A stretch of DNA of 64,000 nt from Syncephalis fuscata S228 (Eukaryota > Fungi > Zoopagomycota): positions 758,625 to 822,624 of the forward strand of contig JAHLTZ010000007.1 in assembly GCA_025786725.1 (NCBI GenBank), given 5' to 3'. This document shows, one piece after another, positions 51,307 to 64,000 of this stretch; the first letter of the stretch is position 1; every line of letters begins with the position of its first letter. Under the pieces are notes generated by a model. That model ran no database searches and had not been told where the DNA came from. It worked only from the letters and a program-made list of their open reading frames with translations. The position numbers and the translations under genes were made by a program.

Positions 51307-53910
51307 ACACGCGTGCCAGATACTCCGTTCTTTATTACTGCTTGTCTTCTTGGTCACCTTGAGTGTGCTTCCTTTACTTTTTATTACTCTTATCCTTCTA
51401 AATTCTATTTCGCGAAGCAGAGCTACGCACCCGTGTTTGCTCAATTGATTCGTCTTTATCTCCAGGCACTAATAGCTTATTGTCATCGCTTTCTCCTCTA
51501 CACTGGTACAAGTATACCAGTGTATACCACAACTATTCCTCTACTTTTATCGCTTCTACAACTAAACTTACACTTGCGACTTTTGAAGTTACAGCCGGTT
51601 TACAAGCCTTTAACGGTAGGTGCATGTTATAGAAAATAGGAAGCTTCAGTGCTTTAAGTGTTAGTTTATTCATTTGTACTTATGTTCTGTCTTTGGTTGG
51701 TTGATTCAGTATTTCTAAACGACATTTTTGATCAAGCCAAGCCAACTAGCCAGCTAGAACGCTATAGTTTGGTTTGCTGCTTATTGTACGTGCCAGACGG
51801 TTTTAGTAAGTTAATATTACTCATTTATTATTCTTTCGTCTCTATAAGCAATACAAAAAGTATAATGTGCGATTTTTCTACAAGTACTACTGGTACAGAT
51901 GCCCTGCGTTTGCAACTATTGCTCGATATTTATTCTGTTATTCTGATGATAATGATAATGACACATGTGGGGGAGTGTTGCTACATTTTCATGTGACTAG
52001 ATTATTTCTATTTTCATTATTGACTTTTACTTGCATTGGCGTGCGATAACATCCTCAGTATCTATCTTTATTTTCCGATAAAAACGGTCCTGTTGTACAC
52101 TTTTGTTATTGCCAGTCTGTCAATAAGATTGTAGCGACGATACTTAGCATGGCTGCTAAACTACAACAGTATTATAGAGGAGCTCTTTTTGCCTTTTGAA
52201 TTTGCCTTTTTGCACTCACAATCTAGCAAATACGGCAATCGTACAACGTGGCTTAAAACCGTGTACTTGCCATCCCTTTCTTGGCTATGATGAAAAGTAG
52301 TACTAGTTTGAGTTATGCCGAGCACTTTCGGTTGTAAAGAGCGCGCCGACTTGAAGTTCACCTACTTCCCTTCTCTTCTCTCCTCTCGATCCTCTCTTCT
52401 TCTCGTCAGCTCTCCTTTTATACGTACACATCGCCGTTTAACGCATAAGCTATATTGAGGTTTTATTATTTATAATTTAATATCATCTACGCCACTTTGA
52501 TTCGTCAAGGAATGGTTAATAGCTTTCTGGCCATTCCGTCAATTGACAGCGCTTTCTTTTGTCACTGCGGTTAACGAACAATTTCATCTTTTTTTGGTAT
52601 GTACCTGGCGTTAAAATGCACTTTTAATGAAGTGTGAAGAATGTTTAATATGGCAATTGCTTTATTCACGAGTGGAGATGATGTCTGAATTTTGGGCCTA
52701 TATTGTGACGATGCTGCATCTTGGATAATGAGCTGCACTGCATGTAGATCATTGATTAAGATTGCAAAAGGCCCAATGTTGATGCTCATGTATAAATGAT
52801 TTGACCGCTGGGAAACGCGATTATCTGATATCTCAATAGCTAGAAAGCCTTCTAACTATTGATTTGAAGTAATGCTATGGCCCCATTCGATAATACACCA
52901 CATGGCAAGCACTTCTATATGTAATAGCATGACCGCTATTGTACTCGCTCATGAGTATCTATTAATATACAAAGTTAAAGCACACCTATTAATCCGCTGT
53001 TCTCTCTGTGCTTGCATGTGTCGTTTATTATTATTGTAGAGTTGTGCATAACACACGCACAAACTTATCCTCGTCCGCCTTTAGCCTGTCTGTGGAGATA
53101 CAAGCACAGACAAGATCCCGCATTTGGCTGGTGAGTTGTTTATTAAGGAGAGGAGGGGTAATATTAAGGAAGAATCATCCATTTACTACGATAAAAAACA
53201 CATTGTGTGTGTATACGACATATACGATACACAAACACTTATACGAATACGAATACGTACATTGATAACGCTGCCGCAATGCGTCAAGCGTAAGCCGGTG
53301 TAAACAAACGATTCATGCTGTGTATCCTATCTATATGTTGAGGTCTTTGTTGTTAGCTTAACAGAGCCGTGCTTTCAATAGACCCAGGGCAGCACCACGC
53401 CTTATTTTCTACATGCATCGAGTCCATACGGCGGCCATACTTGCGTTCACATGCAGTCTATCGTTTTGCAAATTTTGACTTTGCATCTTCTTCCCATTAC
53501 TGGGATATTTTGTTTGAATTGTTTTCTCCTTTCAACTGGCCGTTTTATCAATCAGTATTTGATTCCCTGGCGGATATTGAATATTCAAACGCCATATGTC
53601 CTATTACCTTTTTAGGTAATTGAATTCTTTCAGAAGATTCAGCTTGTGACATCCAGTTGATAGCGGCCCCGTGTTTGAGCCACTTTCGCCTTTTGCGCTC
53701 GCTTTCGCTTCTCCTTGTCCTGTTTTCCTTCAGTTATACGCAAAGTTCATTGCACGGCCTAAACCATTTCCTTTCCTTCCTTACTATTTCCACTCCGCTC
53801 CATACACAATATTTACTTAGGAATTGAACGTGTCTAAATCTGTCTTTCTAAGATTAGCTTGGCACGTTTTCATTCCATTATTGTCATCGTTGCTGCCGTT
53901 ATCACTACTT

Positions 53911-53939
53911 CTACTATTACTACTACTACTACTACTACT
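53911..53939. repeat. (CTA)n microsatellite
   Basis: Directly visible. Confidence 0.9.
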
Positions 53940-54692
53940 CATTTATCTAGTACCGCTAGTCGGTAATCTTTGATATCTTTTTCATACTGCCAAAAGGCCT
54001 TCTTTATCGCTTCAGCACTATTGTTATAGTTGCTGTAATCCCGCATTGCGTATCTGCCGTTTAACTGGTCATTGTCACCTGTAAACTTCGCTGGCGGTTC
54101 ATTTACGTACTATTTGCTTATTACACCGTCGTCACTGCCACTCTATAGTCATACATTAGCCTCTACAATAGCACGCTTGCATTTTAACTGTCCATTTGCT
54201 CAAGAGTGCATCAGGTCTATATGTTTTGTATTCGGATGTTTGATAGATCGATTACATCATTCATTTGAACTATTAGCAATACATTGCCTGTTGTAAGACT
54301 GGTTATCAGTGAACGACTTATAATTAGCATAGCAGTATTTACTGAAAACACACACAATATTTTCATTTAGTTTGAGTCGATACGTTTACACGATTTAAAC
54401 CAAACAGCCATTAACTAACGTCAACGCACTTGTCTTTGCGGATCTTTATAGATTTCACCCAAGGCGCGTGCTAGCACTTATTAGTGCCCACCGCTGTGCG
54501 GCTATTCACAAGATATCACATTATTATTATTATTGTTTGAGTACTGCGATATAACTATTCGCATTATACGTATTTACCTTCAGGTGTTTTAACGCATTTG
54601 CGTTCATCGGTTATTCTCTGTACCCGGTAGTTATTATTACTGGTGACTAATTATACCAACAATATACGACTTTATCATCTGGCATCATCACT

Positions 54693-57600
54693 ATGGTTAC
54701 CCTTAAACATGGTGCTACTACTGCAAGTTTATTAGCAGTGGCGGTAATTTTGGCTGCGACAACAGCTATTTGTAATGCAGCAACTCTACAGCGAAAAGAT
54801 TCGGTTGTTATTGAAAGACGAATCTTGGGCGGTGCACTATCTGGCCTTACTGATAATGTCAAGGCTGTTACAAATGATTTGCCGCTAGTCAGCGAATCTA
54901 ACACAGCACCTCAATCGTCCAGTTCTGTTGTAACTACTGGCACGTCATCGGCAGCACCAGCTACCTTTACTCCAGTACTAAAACAAGTTCCTGTTTCGCC
55001 ATCTGCTCCATTGGCTGCTCCAGAGCCAGTATCTGCTCCATCACCACCAGCGCCTGTACCAGCATCTAATTTTGCTCCAAAGTCCAAAACAGATATTCCA
55101 ATTGTGGGTAATCTATTAAACACTGCATCCGATACTGTGGGTGCACCAAAGATACTAGCGAGTCCACAGTCGCCGCCATCCACTTCGCCAATGACATCCG
55201 AACAGTCAAAAACGACTGAAGAGACTACAAGTACAGCATCATCGGAAGCGCATAATAGTCAGCAAACAGATGCACGCTCAGAGTCTCGTGAATCGAGCAA
55301 TACTGTTACCAATCTTTTGAGTCAACCAATTAACGGGCTAAATAACATTGTTGCACCCAGTGTAGCGTCGTCACCATCGTTTGCACCAGCTCCGCTAGAA
55401 GTCAATCCGGCTGCGCCTGTCCCCAAGGCTCCTTCAAATCTATTAGGAAATACATTGGCTCCAGTCAACTCATTGACGAGACAATTAAATGTAGAGAATC
55501 CAGTAGCTGCACCTGCACCTGTCAACGAGGCGGACAACACTAACAACGGTGAGGAAACAGAAACAACAAATGAGCGTGCTACACCAATTACACCATTCGT
55601 AGAGGCACCAAAACCCAATACAAATCGCGGTCCATTGTTGAATAATCTACTCAACGTAGCTGAACCTATTCAAAAGGTTGCGGCTCCTATTGTTAAACCT
55701 ATTCAAGAGGTTGCAGCTCCTATTGTTAAACCTATTCAAGAGGTTGCAGCTCCTATTGTTAAACCTATTCAAGAGGTTGCAGCTCCTATTGTTAAACCTA
55801 TTCAAGAGGTTGCAGCTCCTATTGTTAAACCTATTCAAGAGGTTGCGGCTCCTATTGTTGAACCTATTCAAGAGGTTACGGCTCCTATTGTTGAACCAAT
55901 TAAGCCTGTTGTGACTCCCCTCTTTAGGCCTATTCAAACTGCCGTAACTCCTATTGCTGACACAGTCGTGGGCAGACAAACATCAACTGAAGCTAGCAAT
56001 GATGGTAAAACAACAGAGTCACAGCCAAATGGTTCACCGACATCCAATAACAATCCACTAGGTGGTATTGGTGAAGTTGTTTCAAAGGTAGCTGGACCAA
56101 TTGTGAACCCAATAACATCGGTATTAAATTCGCCAACGTTGCCTACGCCTACTATAACAGTCGACAATAATACACCTGCATCTACGGCAACACCAATTAT
56201 ACCTCCTATTCTAGGTGTGCCAATACCACTTGGTAATACCAATGAAACGCCAGCAACATCAGCACCTGAATCCAATGGACCTATCCTTGGTATTCCTATA
56301 CCGTTGACATCAGCTCTACCATCATTGCCTATACCAGTGACAACGGATTTGCCAACATTTTTGCCATCAGTCACCTTACCGTTACCAACAGGCTTGCCAA
56401 CGGATTTGCCACCAGTCACCTTACCACTGCCAACAGGTTTGCCAACTGAATTGCCACCAGTCACTTTACCATTGCCAACAGGTTTACCAAGTGACTTGCC
56501 ACCAGTAACTTTGCCAACAGGTTTGCCACCAGTAACTTTACCACCAGTTTTGTCAAGTGACTTGCCACCAGTAACTTTGCCAACAGGTTTGCCACCAGTA
56601 ACTTTACCACCAGTTTTGTCAAGTGACTTGCCACCAGTAACTTTACCGCCTGTGACCGTGCCTACATCGATACCACCAGTTACAATACCGCCTGTAGAAG
56701 CTCCATCTACAACGGCACCAATTGTAATTCCACCACCGATTACTGATTCTCCAGCACCTACGGTAGAGCCACCAGTTGTTCTTCCTCCAGTGACAAACAA
56801 TCCAATTACTGACCGACCAGCGACTGTAGTACCACCTTCTACTACACCAACCATTTCGGTTATTCCAACTGGAACTGGTGTTATTATTCCGCAGCCTACA
56901 GCAACAGACATACCAGCCCCAGCACCATCGGCCACGTCTACTCCAACAATCACAGTTGTTCCTACGGCATCTGGAGACCCTCGTCCACAGCCTACAACAA
57001 GCGCCCCAGATGCTGGTACTATAGCTCCACCTAACAGCGACTCCAATGGTGGCAGTGCAACACCAACGACCACTGAATGGTTGCCACCAACTGTTGTATT
57101 AAGCACATTCATACCACCAAGCACAAGTGTTCCTTTGCCTTCTAACACACCGCCTGTTGTAATTGCTAACAACGACATTACTCTGTCTCAGAATGCTGCA
57201 TTGGTTGAGCTGAAGCTGAGCCAGGTAGACTACGCTGCCACGGCTAACGACTCAATTCAAACAGCCCAAATCTTTGACAAACTTGCACGTGATGTAGCCA
57301 GCTCGCTTGGTATGTCAAATGATCGTGTCAAGGTTGTGAAACTACGCAATGATAATGGTAGTGTAGTTGCCCAAGTGGCTATTATGCCAGATAGCAGCAA
57401 CAAAGTGCCTACACAAGCAGTTACTGAATTGCAGAACCTTGTTGAAGATCCAAACTCGTCGCTTTATCGCAATGGTCAAGTGGCCAAGTACATCGATCCA
57501 TCGTACAAGATTACATCACAGTCACAGAACGCGAATGGCCAGCCTGAGACGCCGCAGTCCGGTGGCCAGAAACTGGTAGTCATTGTTGTGGCGGCCATTT

Positions 57601-57725
57601 TATCGGTCTTGTTGTACGCAGGTCTTACGGCGGCCTTTATTCATACTTATCGTCGCAATAAGCGTCGTCGTGAGCGCAACATGGCTGCAACAGGCTATTT
57701 TGCCACACCACAACCACAGGCTTAA
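54693..57725 (+). CDS. MSB2: Msb2/Hkr1-like signalling mucin (type I membrane protein)
   Basis: Signal peptide, a long Pro/Thr/Ser repeat ectodomain, an HMH-like domain (TAQIFDKL..DPNSSLYRNG..KYIDPSY), one TM helix and a basic cytosolic tail. Confidence 0.7.
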   Translation: MVTLKHGATTASLLAVAVILAATTAICNAATLQRKDSVVIERRILGGALSGLTDNVKAVTNDLPLVSESNTAPQSSSSVVTTGTSSAAPATFTPVLKQVPVSPSAPLAAPEPVSAPSPPAPVPASNFAPKSKTDIPIVGNLLNTASDTVGAPKILASPQSPPSTSPMTSEQSKTTEETTSTASSEAHNSQQTDARSESRESSNTVTNLLSQPINGLNNIVAPSVASSPSFAPAPLEVNPAAPVPKAPSNLLGNTLAPVNSLTRQLNVENPVAAPAPVNEADNTNNGEETETTNERATPITPFVEAPKPNTNRGPLLNNLLNVAEPIQKVAAPIVKPIQEVAAPIVKPIQEVAAPIVKPIQEVAAPIVKPIQEVAAPIVKPIQEVAAPIVEPIQEVTAPIVEPIKPVVTPLFRPIQTAVTPIADTVVGRQTSTEASNDGKTTESQPNGSPTSNNNPLGGIGEVVSKVAGPIVNPITSVLNSPTLPTPTITVDNNTPASTATPIIPPILGVPIPLGNTNETPATSAPESNGPILGIPIPLTSALPSLPIPVTTDLPTFLPSVTLPLPTGLPTDLPPVTLPLPTGLPTELPPVTLPLPTGLPSDLPPVTLPTGLPPVTLPPVLSSDLPPVTLPTGLPPVTLPPVLSSDLPPVTLPPVTVPTSIPPVTIPPVEAPSTTAPIVIPPPITDSPAPTVEPPVVLPPVTNNPITDRPATVVPPSTTPTISVIPTGTGVIIPQPTATDIPAPAPSATSTPTITVVPTASGDPRPQPTTSAPDAGTIAPPNSDSNGGSATPTTTEWLPPTVVLSTFIPPSTSVPLPSNTPPVVIANNDITLSQNAALVELKLSQVDYAATANDSIQTAQIFDKLARDVASSLGMSNDRVKVVKLRNDNGSVVAQVAIMPDSSNKVPTQAVTELQNLVEDPNSSLYRNGQVAKYIDPSYKITSQSQNANGQPETPQSGGQKLVVIVVAAILSVLLYAGLTAAFIHTYRRNKRRRERNMAATGYFATPQPQA
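55665..55895 (+). repeat. Seven copies of a 33-nt coding repeat (PIQEVAAPIVK)
   Basis: Unit cctattcaagaggttgcagctcctattgttaaa, near-perfect copies. Confidence 0.95.
56345..56660 (+). repeat. Coding repeat array (DLPPVTLP(LP)TG)
   Basis: Recurrent ttgccaccagt(c/a)ac(c/t)tt units. Confidence 0.9.
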
Positions 57726-58552
57726 ACTTGTCTTTGGTCATAACGATGTGTTGAATGTCGTTGTTGTTACTATTATGGCCATCCAGTCAATGATGACATG
57801 TAAGCACAATGATACACTATGACTACAGCAACAGCAGCAACAATAACAACAACCATTACAATGACGATATCATTCTCTTCGATTAAAATGTCCATTCTTT
57901 AACAGCACTATAGTTTAACAGTGCGTTTTTACCACTATAACTATTTACATTGCACACACGCCCCACACTCATACGTATTCACTGTTTTTCAATGGCATTT
58001 CAACCTTTATTTTCCAGCCTGATCGATTCACCATTTACGACGATCGAATGACGAATGTTTTCGAACATTACAATATATTGATTTATATACATATACGTTC
58101 TTGATTATAATATACATATTTGGCACATTATATAGAGAGACTACTATTTCTACGATGTTCATGTGTGTGTTTAAGTTTTATTACTATTGATTTTATTGTT
58201 TATAAAAGCCAAAGGATAGAATGAACTAAAATTAAATGTTATTAAAGAGGACAAATATATTAATCAACTTTATTAGTAAATGAATGATCGTTTACTAATA
58301 AAGTAATATAAGCTTATAAATTATGTATTCCATCAGTTCTGGATAATAATATACAAGTCTATATATATATATATACATATTTGATGTTTATGATGACAGT
58401 AATTTGCTAGATGGTTTATTAACTATATACTTATTATAGAATCAATATTCTTTATTATAAAATCATTTTGCTTGACCTGTTGTTGCTGTTGTTATTATGA
58501 AACACTACCGTGATACAACAGCTTAAAAATCATTTAATTGGTAATTATTAAT

Positions 58553-59009
58553 CTATTTATAGTTGTTTTGTGTGTAATGAGCAACTTCCGGCTGGGTATG
58601 CAATATACCTATATGTTATTAGTATAAACTATTGATGTGTAACTAATAGTTACTTACATAATGGCACAAATACACCACCGGCTGCCCACACTGCCCATTG
58701 CGTAACAACATAGTTATAGCCAGGTGTACAGAGAGCAGCGACGCGTTGCTCATTTAAATCACTATTTACTCAAACGTTAATATTAGATATTCTACTGAGC
58801 CATATATTTCGACGGTTATAGTTGTTATACACAAACCTTGGTGCTATTTTTTGCCTAACAGCATTAATGTCAGCCAACAGTTGACGATATGTATAGGAAC
58901 CGTTAGCGTCCACTATGGCTGGCTTAGCATTGGCAGCGTCAGTTTCATTCGCAGCATGATGTACTAGCTGGCGAAACATAGGAATGTCCGGTAGCTGAAT
59001 TTGAACCAT
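58553..59009 (-). pseudogene. Orphan 5' fragment of an AMP-binding acyl-CoA synthetase (ACSF3/malonyl-CoA synthetase-like)
   Basis: Spliced translation AIVDANGSYTYRQLLAD..DLNEQRVAALCTPGYNYVVTQWAVWAAGGVFVPL|CILHTQPEV is followed by a stop at 58553 and AT-rich DNA; the AMP-binding core is absent. Confidence 0.8.
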
Positions 59010-59327
59010 AGTTAAGTAGCAGTAAGGTTAAAGGCTTACAATGTTACCAAGTAGTGTTGATAAATGAGAATGAAGTAAAGGTGTGAACACGTAACTTGCT
59101 GTATATAGAATGTTTGGGTAATAAATATACTTCGAGAATGACGCACTATCAATCATTTGATATTAATGTGTAACATGAGATTAGTCAGCTGTATATAAGT
59201 ATGCAAACTATTGTATTTCATTCATTAATGCCATAGTTACGTTTACATTATTACTTCATAATCACATTGCAATTAATTAATAAAATAGTCACAAACAGTT
59301 GCTCATTCAATATCATTTATTAACGCA

Positions 59328-62300
59328 CTAAAGCTTGGCTGTCGTGTTGCTAGTATTGCCATTTTCATCATCAATTGCAGAAAGTGGATAAGGTGCCGTC
59401 GACATTTCCATCATCGATTTCCATCGATTGATGTCGTGAATAATTTCATTGTCCGGCAGTAATTGCTGGCCATCGCCTTCTTGAATGGCCTTTTCTCGTC
59501 TAAGACCGATTTGGGCTAGAACACCATTTTCAGCAGTGAGTACTCTATCCAGTTGTCGCATCAATTCCTCCACTGCCGTTTCATTCTCGGCAGGTGCTGC
59601 ATCTACAAGTAGGCGGCCAAGACTGCTGACAACATCGTTTGAGCGTAAAGCCCATTCAAGTCGATCGTCTGAAAACTCAACACCCAACGGATTCAAACAG
59701 AACGAGCGTGATCAAGCTCGGCTTTGGTAATTGAAGTTGTCGGCACAATGGCACTTCGATTTGGATCGGATAGCAGTTTAGTCGAGGCTAGATGGACCGA
59801 TAATTTACATTGGTGTCGTGATCTTGGATCAATATAATGTTTGTAGAAAGCAAGTAGCTGGTTTGGCTTGAGATTCTTTAGATTGGCCACATCCGTTTTA
59901 ACTACATTATTATTGTTAATAAATATTAGCCATTATATAAATAACCGCTTACTTTGATCAAATTCATAATAGCCTGAATTAACATAGTTCCAGTATCGCT
60001 CACTTTCTTCATACATATTCTTATCCTTTTCTAAAACAATGCGCACAACGAGGCAATATGTCGCTCAAATTCTTCTTGTGTCATTTGTTTTAGTATCGTC
60101 TATCAATACAAATCAATTACTGTTTTAACTTTAATGATTAATTTATTACGACAATTTACCTCTAATTGAACTAAAAATGCTTCTATACGATGTTCTAGAT
60201 AAATTGGATCCCGTTCACTTTGTATGATAATCCGCAATCCCATGACACCAGGCTGCTTTCTTACTCCACTAAATACCAAGTAGCCCAATTGTTCTTTTGT
60301 ACGTAGTTGGTTGAAGCAAGGCTCGTTGATAACTTGAGATATCAAGGCAAGTAAGGCCCTTAATCGAGTGTCGGTGACATCGCCCACCTAGTATTCGTTG
60401 TTATATCAATAGCGTAATAAAATGTCAATGTTTAATACCTGGCAATAATACTCAATGGCCGAATTTACGTTATCTGGATTGGGTACCATACGTTGATAGA
60501 CATATCGAGCACCTATAAAACACATTATTAAATTAGATCTATTGAGTAAACGATTATAATAATTTACTTACCTTTTCTAGGTAACAAAACACAGCGTGAA
60601 TTGAGCAATTGCGATGGCGTCATTGGCAGTGGATGAAGTGTTTGTTCCATGTGCTGCACCATTTCAACTGCCACCTTTTTAATTGTTAATCATTACTATT
60701 GCTCTTTTTTATAGATATTATTATCATACCTCTTGTGCAATATTTCCATAAACAACTGCTTCAATGTGCATTTGTTGTAGGAATTGTGGATAGTAGCGTT
60801 CCAACTCTTCACATGTAATACCTATGTCATAATTGTGTTAATATATTTATTGGCTCGTGCAGTATATTTATTCAATACTTACTTTGTATTTGATCAAGTT
60901 CCTCTTGATTGGACCACATACGTTCCTGGGTCAAATAGGTCATATAATAAATGGCATGTTCATATGGTGCATCAAGATCAAAGTTTTTATAAGCTCGATA
61001 TAACTATAAATATGTTATAAGTACAATTCAATATATATATACTACACAATATTACCTGTTCTTTAATCAAATCAAAGCGTTGTGAATCTATTTTTAGATT
61101 GCGCATTTGTTCAACAACTTTACGAGCCAATAATGGCATTTTATGATTATAACCATCCAAGCATAGCTAAACATCAATATAAAAATTAATATTATAGATT
61201 AATAAATAAAATAGCATACTAACCAATATACCATCTTGTTGCATTTCCAAGTGATATCCTAAACCACTAACTTCTGCATCATATGTGTATTGATTTAATG
61301 TATCGCGTAATACCTCGGCATAGAGTCTAATAGCATAAATAAATATAACCATCCCAATTTGTGTAAATTATAATTATAATCGACTTACCGAGCTAATACG
61401 CAATTACGTGGTGTATTATAGGCCAATGGACTATTAAAAAATAAATATATTGTTATCCTTTATAATTTAACAACTAAATTGCTACCTTTTTAATGAAAAC
61501 CAAGTATGTGCCTTGGGAAGCCAAAATGTATCATCTTTCTTGTGCCACAGCTTAATCAATGGTGTATTTAAAATAAGACGTGGTCTAGTTGCAACATCCT
61601 ATTGCATAATATTAAATTTAGTATTCATAAAGTTGTAATATACTTTCTTGTTCCACCTACCTTTACCACATGCTTATTTGTATCAAATTCAGATGGAATA
61701 AACTCGTTTGGCTTTGGCAAGTGTAGGTTCTCATCTGCTGTTATTTCACCAGTACTAATCTTTTTCAGCGTCTAATAAAATGTACAGGTTGACGTAAAGT
61801 GACATTTATTCAATGAATACAATAGTTCAAACATAATAATAACCAGCTACTTACTTGTTGTAATGAAGGAGAGATTGGCTGATGCTGGTATTCAGTACCA
61901 TACCATTTTTCCTTTTGTATTTCATTCATTTCCAGTCCTTGTGCTTTTAGGAAAACGCTACATAAATAGTAAATAACTAATTGGCCTAATGGACATAACT
62001 CAATGCTTACTTCATATTGTCATGCGATAGAGCATCAAGATTGCTTATAATTAGCTCAGGCGAATAGTCACGAACAACGTAGCCGCCCGATAGAACCCAT
62101 GAACGAGGATATGGTCGATGGAGTTGCCCGGCCAGTGTGGATGCATATGAAGAGGCCGGTGATTTCTCTTTAAATCTAAAGTCTAAAACACTTATGTCAC
62201 GTACCTATTTATACACATAGCAGCAATAGTAGGCTGATTAGTATCATTTAAATTAAATTGCACACAATTAACATTGCTTACTTCATTAAAACTCCATGCT

Positions 62301-63586
62301 TGAATGCCAGTGCGGCGAAGAAGTACAATATACTGGAATACAAGTGCCACTACTTGTTCATATCGGCTCAATCCTTCTTGTGTCAAATCGATAGACACTT
62401 TAAAAAAATCAAATCCAGATGCACCACCTGAACATCCAGCCGACAAATGGTTGGCCCATCCCTTCTGCTTCAAGAAAGCTATAATTGAACCAGCACCTTC
62501 GTGGCCAATTAAATGACCAAGATACGACCCAGGTTGCACGCGGAAGTTCATCTCTTGATCGGGAAATGGCCATGAAATTTCCAATAAGCGCTGATCTTTA
62601 ATGGGCCGTGCAGTAATTTGTTTCTACAATATTATTAGTACTTTTAGTGTTAATATTGTGTTCTAACTGTTTACCATTAAACGAGATGCATCATATGGAT
62701 TCGGCAATGGTGTAGGATTCGGTAAGTCATGATTAGGCACTGATAAGAACTGACTGGTGACCCATTCAGCCAATTGATCCAACGATTCACGACCAAGCAC
62801 AACCAATTTCATTTGGTTTGCCGAATAATGGCGACGATGGAAATCAAGCAATGCTTCGCGCACATCTATTCCTGCTGATTCAGGACCTTCTTTAAGCGTT
62901 TCTAGACTGCCAGTACTGAACTTGGCATAGGGATGCTCTGGATTGGAGAGTGATTTCTCCAGTTGATAAAAACGCCAGCTATCTGATTGCAAATTCTTTT
63001 TGTGTTCCGAATCGACTGCTTTCATTTCCCGTTCTGTGCAACTTGCATCAAATCGTGGTGCAATGAAGAAACGTGCAAATCGATCCAGTGCACCTTCTAG
63101 TGATGGGTGATTTACTTCAAAGTAATAGTTTGTGTGCTCTTGTGCCGTATAGGCATTTGAATGACCGCCATGCTCGGTTAAAAAGCGATTGTATTCATTT
63201 TCTTGGGGATACTTGTCAGTTCCCTATTAATCCACACATGGTGTGAGTAATAGTTAGTCATCATATATTGCTACGTCGTAATGACCCACCAAGAAAAGCA
63301 TGTGCTCACAGAAATGGGCCAATCCTTGTAATTGTGGTGGATCTGCCATACTGCCTACATGAACATCGAGTGCTGCACTTGCTTTATCCGTATCTGGATC
63401 ATGAATAAGCAATGCTTCTAGCTGATTGTCTAATTTTAATAAACGATATTGTCGTGTATCGCTATCGCTACGTTCGATTTTATCAAATTGCATGTAAGGA
63501 GCGTCATGTCGTGGACGAGTAAAAGTGTCATCGGCTGGTTCAGCATGTTGGATAGACATTGTCACTTCAGCTGCTTTTGCCGCCAT
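59328..63586 (-). CDS. STE23: Insulin-degrading enzyme / Ste23-like M16A metallopeptidase, multi-exon
   Basis: [25 protein letters not shown] (inverted HxxEH), [23 protein letters not shown] and [17 protein letters not shown]. An upstream intron (63612-63664) suggests a 5' UTR or N-terminal extension. Confidence 0.95.
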
Positions 63587-64000
63587 AGTAGAAAGAGATC
63601 GATAATTCAGTCTAAGCGTATAATTTAGTATAATATTAAGCATGTAATACTGTATATAACTTACCGCTTGAATACCAAGGTGCAGAAAAATGGAAGAAAA
63701 CCAAAATTTTGGAAGCAAAGGATAAGAAACAGCAGCAATCAGAGTATGAACTCACATGAACACCAAGAAGGTCTAAAAAACAGAGCCAGAGGCCCCATGG
63801 TCCAAAGGCAAAAAAACAAATTAGGATTACATCAACAAGGTGACAATCAGCGTTGAGCAACGCTTGAAGATAGTAACCCGCGTGGTGCCATTAAAACTTA
63901 TCTACGTAAAAACGTGGCAATCCAACTCGGTTCGGAGCGATTAAATTAAAACAGTTGTGCTATCAAAATTTTATTTAATAAACATAGTAGGGACCTACCA

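Noticed and set aside
55665-55895. 33-nt repeats as a CRISPR-like array
   Set aside because: No unique spacers; in-frame coding tandem repeat in a eukaryotic gene.
55934-57178. 414-aa antisense Gly/Val-rich ORF
   Set aside because: Shadow of the Pro/Thr codon repeats of the mucin on the opposite strand.

Overview
AT-rich, intron-rich eukaryotic DNA from an early-diverging fungus. Short GT-AG introns with CTAAC-like branch points, the gene set and the lineage-type 7TM and 2TM families suggest Zoopagomycota, possibly Syncephalis-like; this is inference. About 20 protein genes are present: 3' end of a CCA-adding enzyme, PPR protein, cyclin H, GSKIP, FUSC/ArAE-type transporter, 7TM receptor-like protein, 2TM channel-like protein, CAP protein, an ABCC transporter with degenerate ATPase motifs, a secreted tandem-repeat protein, two unrelated GH20 hexosaminidases, mitochondrial TrpRS, prolidase, a USP16/45-like DUB, a PY-motif membrane protein, Atg15 lipase, an Msb2-like mucin and insulysin/Ste23. 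Many conserved genes carry single-base frameshifts that look like assembly indel errors. The most notable signal absent from the ORF track is a decayed C-terminus of a Fanzor/TnpB-type RNA-guided nuclease (zinc ribbon plus RuvC-III, ~47295-47519), followed by a hairpin-rich ~120 nt segment where an omega-RNA or transposon end would be expected. There are also three intron-retaining orphan gene fragments: a NEO1 3' end, a GH20 5' duplicate and an acyl-CoA synthetase 5' end. No tRNA, rRNA, snRNA or CRISPR array was recognised by eye.
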